From Candidatus Bathyarchaeia archaeon (GTDB lineage Archaea; Thermoproteota; Bathyarchaeia; TCS64), in the NCBI GenBank assembly GCA_050014495.1, contig JBEKDF010000030.1, positions 1 through 33,181 on the forward strand: a stretch of DNA of 33,181 nucleotides, written 5' to 3'. This document shows, one piece after another, positions 27,625 to 33,181 of the stretch (its first letter is position 1; each line of letters opens with the position of its first letter). The notes under the pieces are model-generated. The model made no database searches and was not told the DNA's origin. It was given only the letters and a program-made list of their open reading frames with translations. A program made the translations under genes and the position numbers.

Positions 27625-28449
27625 TTGATCAAAATGGACATACATACTAAGAGATACCACGTTGAACCGGGACAAAAAATCAAGATAGAAGAATGGGACC
27701 CCGGAGATACCTCAGGCTTCGAAGGTGAGAAAGAACAATCAGTAGATGTGATGCAAGTAAACAAGAATAGTCTTGAGTCACTTCAGGAGATCCTTTTCGC
27801 CGAGCATGAACATAAGATACTCATAGTTCTCCAAGCCATGGACACTGGCGGAAAAGACGGCGTTATCCGACGCGTGTTTGAAGCAGTAAATCCACAAGGT
27901 GTAAGAGTTGTAAATTTCAAAGAACCGTCTATAAATGAGCTTGATCACGACTACCTCTGGCGCGTTCATGCCCAAGTTCCAATAAAAGGTGAGCTGGTCA
28001 TTTTCAACCGTAGCCACTACGAGGATGTCCTAATTGCCAGGGTACATGAACTCGCACCAGCCGATGTAATCGAGAAAAGGTATCAGCAGATAATGGACTT
28101 CGAAAGAATGCTGTCGGAGGAGGGTTCAACGATAATGAAGTTCTTTTTAAACATAAGTTACGACATGCAGAAAAAGCGACTACAGGATAGACTTGCTGAT
28201 CCAACAAAACAGTGGAAATTCAATATTAACGATCTAAACGAGCGGAAAGATTGGAAAGCATATATGAAGTCCTATGAAATTCTCTTAAGTAAAACCAGCA
28301 CAGATTGGGCCCCTTGGTATATTATACCCTCGGATCATGAATGGATTCGCGACTTGTTAATTTCGAAGATAATAATAAGTACTCTTGAGAAATTGGATAT
28401 GCATTATCCAAAGCTTAAACAGGATCCAAAAACAATTGAAATTTCCTAG
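27625..28449 (+). CDS. ppk2: Polyphosphate kinase 2 family (class III-like polyP:nucleotide phosphotransferase)
   Basis: Motifs LQAMDTGGKDG (Walker A), VNPQG, HDYLWR, FNRSHYEDVL, WKFN..D..ER and APWYIIPSD. The start is TTG 27625 or ATG 27634. Confidence 0.93.
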   Translation: MIKMDIHTKRYHVEPGQKIKIEEWDPGDTSGFEGEKEQSVDVMQVNKNSLESLQEILFAEHEHKILIVLQAMDTGGKDGVIRRVFEAVNPQGVRVVNFKEPSINELDHDYLWRVHAQVPIKGELVIFNRSHYEDVLIARVHELAPADVIEKRYQQIMDFERMLSEEGSTIMKFFLNISYDMQKKRLQDRLADPTKQWKFNINDLNERKDWKAYMKSYEILLSKTSTDWAPWYIIPSDHEWIRDLLISKIIISTLEKLDMHYPKLKQDPKTIEIS

Positions 28450-28722
28450 ATTCAAATCAGTATGTCACTTGGATGATTAATGTGAATTTTCTACTCTGGT
28501 GGCTTATTTTTCGATTACATTCGTTTTATGCGCATGCATTTTATATCTAATTCCTTAGAATAACTTGCCTCCAAAGTGTACACGCGTGTTTTAACACTGA
28601 ATTGGCTCAAATCATAATATATGTAAACGTTCACTTTTGGATGTGATTAAACTGACAATTATTCCTCCTGTTTATAGCCTATCTTTCTACTATCAATTAA
28701 GGAAGAATTAAGCGCATTCCAA

Positions 28723-31281
28723 GTGATTTCATTGAGTACATCTGACAGTGAGAATCTACAACCATATTGGAGTGTCCCAACTTCTGAAGTTTTTCAGCGA
28801 CTTCAGGCGACGTCAAAAGGTCTGACAGAGGATGAAGCACGAAATCGGCTTAAAAAATACGGCTCCAATCTTCTGACGCCTAAGAAAAAATCAGATGCGC
28901 TTACGCTTCTGCTTACTCAATTCAAGAGTCCGATTATCCTCATACTAATCTTTGCAGGTGGATTGTCGTTCTTTCTTGGGGATGCGGTGAATGCCCTAAT
29001 CATCCTCGTTATTATCTTAATCAGTAGTCTACTGGGCTTCTGGCAAGAAAGAGGTGCAACAAACGCTGTCGAAAAGTTACTTGCAATCGTGCAGACCAAA
29101 GCGACCGTATTTCGCAATGGAGATCAAAAGGAGATTCCAGCTAATGAGATTGTGCCTGGGGATCTCATAGTTCTCAATGCTGGAGACCTGATCCCTGCTG
29201 ATTCACTGATCGTGGAATCAAAAGATCTATTCGTAAACGAAGCATCCCTGACGGGTGAAACTTACCCCAGTGAGAAATCAGTAGGGGTTCTGACAGTGGA
29301 AACACCACTTAGTAAGCGGACAAACAGTCTTTTCATGGGAACGAGTGTAGTCAGTGGCAACGGGCAAGCAGTGGTATTAGGAACAGGATCGAGGACTGAG
29401 TTTGGCAAAGTCTCAGAGCGTTTGAAACTTAGATCTCCAGAAACAGAGTTCGAACATGGTGTCAGACATTTTGGATATTTACTAATGGAAATTACACTCG
29501 TATTAGTGGTCGCTACATTCGCCATTAATGTATATTTTGCACGCCCCGTTTTAGAATCACTTCTCTTTTCCCTAGCGCTCGCGGTTGGGCTAACGCCACA
29601 ACTGCTGCCGGCGATTATCAGCATTAATCTAGCGCAAGGTGCCAAAAAGATGGCACTAAAAAAAGTAATCGTCAAGCGGTTGGCATCCATTGAAAACTTT
29701 GGAAGTATGAACGTCCTATGCTCCGATAAGACCGGTACTCTGACAGAGGGCGTGATAAAGGTACAATCCGTGCTTGATCTCAAAGGTAGTGAAAGTGAAA
29801 AAGGGCTTCTCTACGCTTTTCTCAATGCCTCTTATCAGACGGGTTTCACGAATCCAATTGATACGGCGCTATTAACTGATGAAACGATTCAAAATCGTCA
29901 TTTTGATATGTCTGGTTACGTAAAACTGGATGAGGTCCCTTATGACTTCATTCGTAAGCGACTAAGTGTCCTCGTATCTAAGAATAGTACAGGTCTGATG
30001 GTGACAAAAGGTGCTTTGCAGAACGTGATCGATGTTTGTTCCTCTGTTGAATCTTCGGATGCAAAGATTATAGGAATTGCCGAGGAAAATAAACCGATCC
30101 AGGAACGCTTTGAAGAGTTAAGTAACAAAGGTTTTCGCGTTCTTGGTATAGCTTACAAGAATATTGGTTCTGTTAAGCTAATCACAAAAGATAGTGAAGC
30201 TGATATGACTTTCTTGGGATTCCTCGTTCTCTTTGATCCTATTAAAGCTAAGATTATCGATACTATTAGCGAGCTGAAATATCTCGGTATTTCATTGAAG
30301 ATTATAACAGGTGATAATCAGCTTGTAGCAGGTTTCCTTAGTCAACAAGTCGGGTTCCCGACGCCAAGAATTCTCACAGGTTCAGAACTTCTTAAGCTTA
30401 GTGATGAAGCGCTGCTTGGAAGAGTGAATAGTGTCGAAGTTTTTGCGGAGGTTGAGCCCAATCAAAAGGAGAGAATCATCATTTCGCTCAAGAAAGCCGG
30501 CAATGTGGTAGGATATATGGGAGATGGGATCAACGATGCCTCGGCTCTCCATGCTGCCGATGTTGGTCTCTCCGTTGATAGTGCCGTTGATGTTGCCAAA
30601 GAATCAGCTGACATCGTGCTGCTTGAAAAGGACCTAGGCGTTCTCGTGCAGGGGGTAAAAGAAGGCAGGAAAACCTTCGCTAACACTCTAAAGTATGTAT
30701 TCATGGCAACTAGTGCCAATTTCGGAAATATGTTCAGTATGGCAGGTGCATCCCTCTTTCTGACGTTTCTTCCTTTACTACCTAGGCAGATCCTTCTTAC
30801 CAATCTAATGACAGATTTTCCAGAGACAACCATTGGCACGGATAACGTAGATGTTGAAATGGTTGAACTACCTCGACGCTGGAATGTGGCGTTTATCCGA
30901 AATTTCATGATTACTTTTGGCGTCTTAAGCTCAGTATTTGATTATCTAACATTTGGTGTACTCCTTTTCATCATGCATAGCTCTGTCGATCAATTTAGAA
31001 CTGGTTGGTTTGTGGAATCGGTTATCTCAGCATCACTTGTTGTACTAGTCATCCGGAGCCAGCGTCCTTTCTTCAAAAGTACGCCTGGAAAATTTCTGCT
31101 GTTCACCACCTTGGTGATTGTTGGCGCAACCTTAATCCTTCCTTTTACTCTACTCGGATCCCTTTTCGGATTTAGCCCTCCGCCAATGACATTTCTTTTA
31201 GCAACGGCGATAATCGTAGTGTTGTACATTATCTCGGGAGAAGTAGTAAAAGGAATCTTTTACAAGATCGTAAAATTTTGA
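28723..31281 (+). CDS. mgtA: Mg2+-translocating P-type ATPase (P3B)
   Basis: Motifs LTGET, AVGLTPQLLP, DKTGTLT, PYDFIRKR, KGA, TGD, GDGIND, SANFGNMFS and FRTGWFVES. Confidence 0.88.
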   Translation: MISLSTSDSENLQPYWSVPTSEVFQRLQATSKGLTEDEARNRLKKYGSNLLTPKKKSDALTLLLTQFKSPIILILIFAGGLSFFLGDAVNALIILVIILISSLLGFWQERGATNAVEKLLAIVQTKATVFRNGDQKEIPANEIVPGDLIVLNAGDLIPADSLIVESKDLFVNEASLTGETYPSEKSVGVLTVETPLSKRTNSLFMGTSVVSGNGQAVVLGTGSRTEFGKVSERLKLRSPETEFEHGVRHFGYLLMEITLVLVVATFAINVYFARPVLESLLFSLALAVGLTPQLLPAIISINLAQGAKKMALKKVIVKRLASIENFGSMNVLCSDKTGTLTEGVIKVQSVLDLKGSESEKGLLYAFLNASYQTGFTNPIDTALLTDETIQNRHFDMSGYVKLDEVPYDFIRKRLSVLVSKNSTGLMVTKGALQNVIDVCSSVESSDAKIIGIAEENKPIQERFEELSNKGFRVLGIAYKNIGSVKLITKDSEADMTFLGFLVLFDPIKAKIIDTISELKYLGISLKIITGDNQLVAGFLSQQVGFPTPRILTGSELLKLSDEALLGRVNSVEVFAEVEPNQKERIIISLKKAGNVVGYMGDGINDASALHAADVGLSVDSAVDVAKESADIVLLEKDLGVLVQGVKEGRKTFANTLKYVFMATSANFGNMFSMAGASLFLTFLPLLPRQILLTNLMTDFPETTIGTDNVDVEMVELPRRWNVAFIRNFMITFGVLSSVFDYLTFGVLLFIMHSSVDQFRTGWFVESVISASLVVLVIRSQRPFFKSTPGKFLLFTTLVIVGATLILPFTLLGSLFGFSPPPMTFLLATAIIVVLYIISGEVVKGIFYKIVKF

Positions 31282-31339
31282 AGTAATGGCTAAGTCTCCG
31301 TAGCAACCTTTTGCATGTATTTAATTTTTATATCTAAGA

Positions 31340-31388
31340 GGTGGTTTCGGTTTATATTCTAGGCTTTCCAGATAGAATTGGATGCATC
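31340..31388 (+). promoter_or_regulatory. TATA-box promoter/leader of the Lys-rich gene
   Basis: TTTATAT at about 31351; homologous to 21433-21385. Confidence 0.7.
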
Positions 31389-31703
31389 ATGCCAGAAGAA
31401 AAAAAGAGCTTAAGTGAAAAGGCGGAGCACGCAGGAGCAGTTGTAGTAAACGGAGTTAAGACGGGCGCTAAAAAAGCAGGTGAAACCGCGGAGGCCTTCG
31501 GAGAAGGAGTAAAAAAAGAGATGGAAAATGTAGAGGAAAAATCGAAGGAATCAGAAGAATCCGTATTTGAGGGCTTGAAGAAAGAAATTAAAAAACTTAA
31601 GAAGGAAATTAAGAAAGTTAAGGGTAAAAAGAAGAGCAAGAAGGGTAAAAAGAAGAGCAAGAAGGGTAAAAAGAAGAGCAAGAAGAATAAAACGAAAAAG
31701 TAA
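31389..31703 (+). CDS. 104-aa Lys/Glu/Ser-rich protein with a polybasic tail
   Basis: MPEEKKSLSEKAEHAG...EGLKKEIKKLKKEIKKVKGKKKSKKGKKKSKKGKKKSKKNKTKK*. The start ATG 31389 was chosen by alignment with the 21384 paralog. Confidence 0.75.
   Translation: MPEEKKSLSEKAEHAGAVVVNGVKTGAKKAGETAEAFGEGVKKEMENVEEKSKESEESVFEGLKKEIKKLKKEIKKVKGKKKSKKGKKKSKKGKKKSKKNKTKK
31620..31682 (+). repeat. 3 x 21-bp perfect tandem repeat encoding KGKKKSK
   Basis: AAGGGTAAAAAGAAGAGCAAG at 31620, 31641 and 31662. Confidence 0.95.
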
Positions 31704-31907
31704 ACACGAGGTTAAGGTAGAATCTAAAGAAAGAACCGAAGAATCGGCTACTAACTTATTAAAACTGAGTATGCGCATTTAAGATACAAATTAGGAGCGC
31801 ACTCATCTTCGGGATACGAACATTAAGTCGAAGACGTGTTTCTCATATGCTATGCGCGTATTGCATCCTTATGTTAACGCGTGTGTGTGCATGTCTGAGA
31901 CCCGATT

Positions 31908-31925
31908 AACCGATAATTATCGGTT
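31908..31925. promoter_or_regulatory. Perfect 18-bp palindrome abutting a TATA-like box; candidate operator
   Basis: AACCGATAATTATCGGTT, overlapping the start of TTTATTAA about 30 nt upstream of ATG 31954. Confidence 0.55.
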
Positions 31926-31953
31926 TATTAACTGCGAAATATATCATCCAGCT

Positions 31954-32385
31954 ATGAGTAAAAATGATAGAAATGAAGCACCAGAACTAGCAGAGATTCG
32001 CCGCGAGTTAAATCAGGTGGCTTGGCCATCAGACGTTGACAAGTTGATTAATCTCATCAACGTCTATAAAGACCACGCCGTTGATGCCGCACGTATACGC
32101 ACTGCTCCGCCGATAATAAGTGCGGTTGTATTCTCAAACCTAACTAATTCGAGCGTAAAGATAACTTGGATGACTAACGAGCCTGGTGACAGCGTAGTAA
32201 AGTATGGGGTCACAACGGCGACAGGAAGCATGGTATCCGATCCTGCGATGGTTACAAGTCACTCTTTGACCCTTACCGGACTCGAGGCTGGGACGACTTA
32301 TTATTATTTAGTTGCCTCAACAGATTCGGTTGGAAATAGATCGGTCGATAGCAATAGTGGTATCTACTACACTTTTAAAATCTAA
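31954..32385 (+). CDS. Fibronectin type III / purple-acid-phosphatase-N-like domain protein
   Basis: APPIIS...SVKITWMTNEPGDSVVKYG...HSLTLTGLEAGTTYYYLVASTDSVGN. The probable start is ATG 31954; the upstream ATG lies in an RY tract. Confidence 0.8.
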   Translation: MSKNDRNEAPELAEIRRELNQVAWPSDVDKLINLINVYKDHAVDAARIRTAPPIISAVVFSNLTNSSVKITWMTNEPGDSVVKYGVTTATGSMVSDPAMVTSHSLTLTGLEAGTTYYYLVASTDSVGNRSVDSNSGIYYTFKI

Positions 32386-32398
32386 AAGCTGTGATGCG

Positions 32399-32436
32399 CG
32401 CGCGCATGAATAAATTGAATAATTTACATGCGCGCG
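32399..32436. other. Bulged hairpin built on two RY tracts
   Basis: CGCGCGCATG-[AA]-TAAATT-GAAT-AATTTA-CATGCGCGCG. Confidence 0.75.
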
Positions 32437-32481
32437 AATAAAAAATGCGATTGAGATTCTTAGAATCTTGGAGTTGAAGAA

Positions 32482-32883
32482 ATGTCGAGTTACATGAAGA
32501 AGGTGTCGGCACATCTGTTTTTGAGGAGAGTTTTTCGTGTGCTAGATGATGTAGCGAAAGAAGAGAATGTAACTTTATTGGAGCATGTTTCGAATATGAT
32601 CAAGAGTGGTGAAACACTAGTGTATTACGCGGATAGTGAGAAGTATAGGGGACAGATTGATGATCTGTTTGGGCGTTCGAGTGTGCGCTTTTTATTGGGT
32701 AGATCTAAGGGGTATTTTAACACTCCTGAGAGTGATATTCGGGAAGCTTTGCCTTGGTGGATGGATAGAATTAAGGAAATTAATCCTGATCTTAACTATG
32801 TCATTGTGGTGGAGCCTAATGGACAGGAATGGTTCGTTCAGATGTGCATAGATTTGACTAAGATTTGCAAAGGCTATATTTGA
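32482..32883 (+). CDS. Hypothetical protein (133 aa)
   Basis: ATG-initiated ORF with protein-like composition and GGAG upstream, flanked on both sides by RY tracts. No family recognised. Confidence 0.6.
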   Translation: MSSYMKKVSAHLFLRRVFRVLDDVAKEENVTLLEHVSNMIKSGETLVYYADSEKYRGQIDDLFGRSSVRFLLGRSKGYFNTPESDIREALPWWMDRIKEINPDLNYVIVVEPNGQEWFVQMCIDLTKICKGYI

Positions 32884-33181
32884 ATGGGTGCGCATGCGCT
32901 AAGTTGAGGCTCTACATATATCACACCCTACGAGGGAAGGGGCATTTGGTCTATTGGTCTAGGCTGCTCATGAATTTGGCTCTTTTCTTATATTTACAGA
33001 GAGCTGCGCGCACAAACGTATCTTAACAAGCCTAAACAATTATTTTCATCTTAGTTCTGAGCGTGCGTACGCTCAAGTTAATATGTACGCGTTTCTTCAT
33101 TTTGAATCAGTATGAAAATAATGTATAAACTAGTCTACATGAGTATCCTTCTCCTAGGGATCATCATCGCGTTAGCCCAAT

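Larger units (their letters stand above)
117..33092. repeat. Dispersed family of short alternating purine-pyrimidine (GCGCGC-centred) tracts, almost all intergenic
   Basis: Examples: 117-124, 348-358, 3082-3103, 3221-3235, 3355-3364, 5870-5881, 6082-6091, 8060-8069, 9354-9367, 9373-9382, 10658-10671, 10795-10809, 11839-11854, 11934-11940, 17842-17848, 19516-19524, 19537-19548, 19975-19983, 20146-20161, 21236-21244, 21610-21619, 28527-28539, 28576-28589, 31769-31778, 31851-31861, 31877-31894, 32394-32408, 32425-32436, 32888-32899, 33005-33014, 33061-33072. Confidence 0.9.

Noticed and set aside
29593..29610. PQLLP instead of PEMLP in TM4 of the P-type ATPase as a novelty
   Set aside because: From recall, not verified: this variant occurs in other MgtA-annotated proteins, and all other motifs are canonical.
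515..31229. Numerous antisense/overlapping ORFs in the track (e.g. 3468-3887, 6589-7068, 9709-10230, 9942-10415, 29262-29783, 30462-30908)
   Set aside because: They are shadows of well-supported genes and carry no recognisable motifs.
117..33092. RY tracts as a CRISPR array or classical integron attC array
   Set aside because: There is no constant repeat sequence or regular spacing, no RYYYAAC/GTTRRRY cores, gene orientation is mixed, and no cas or intI gene is present in the window.
1..33181. tRNA/rRNA genes
   Set aside because: No cloverleaf, T-loop consensus in proper context or rRNA signature was recognised.

Overview
This is an accessory, mosaic region of a prokaryotic genome. It is most likely archaeal and Bathyarchaeia-like; that is an inference from TTG/GTG starts, TATA-like boxes, T-tract terminators and gene content. 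There are four functional blocks. (1) Peptide/amino-acid enzymes: an M29-like aminopeptidase, PepD, homoserine dehydrogenase, two class-V PLP enzymes (one interrupted by an in-frame TAG) and an atypical M20 hydrolase. (2) An ArsB/SLC13 permease, a His-rich small protein and an iron-sulfur flavoprotein. (3) A carbohydrate cluster: PIG-L deacetylase, GT4, an (a/a)6 glycosidase, a GT partner protein, GH130 and a CBS-GT4 fusion, with a decayed IS200/IS605 tnpB remnant. (4) A polyphosphate island (CYTH, PPK1, CHAD-HD, Ppx/GppA, PPK2, MgtA-like ATPase) bracketed by two outward-facing, related Lys-rich small-protein genes that share a promoter. The most striking unexplained signal is more than 30 short alternating purine-pyrimidine tracts (GCGCGC/GTGCAC/ATGCAT-type, 7-22 bp). 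They sit at most boundaries between gene modules, are missing from the junctions inside operons, and often pair as bulged hairpins or inverted repeats. They also coincide with the break points of several gene fragments: pRiA4b ORF3-like, Lrp/AsnC, LuxS, an internally deleted GT partner gene and three unidentified pieces. This suggests an undescribed deletion, recombination or gene-shuffling process acting at these tracts or creating them. All calls come from reading the sequence by eye; no database searches were run.
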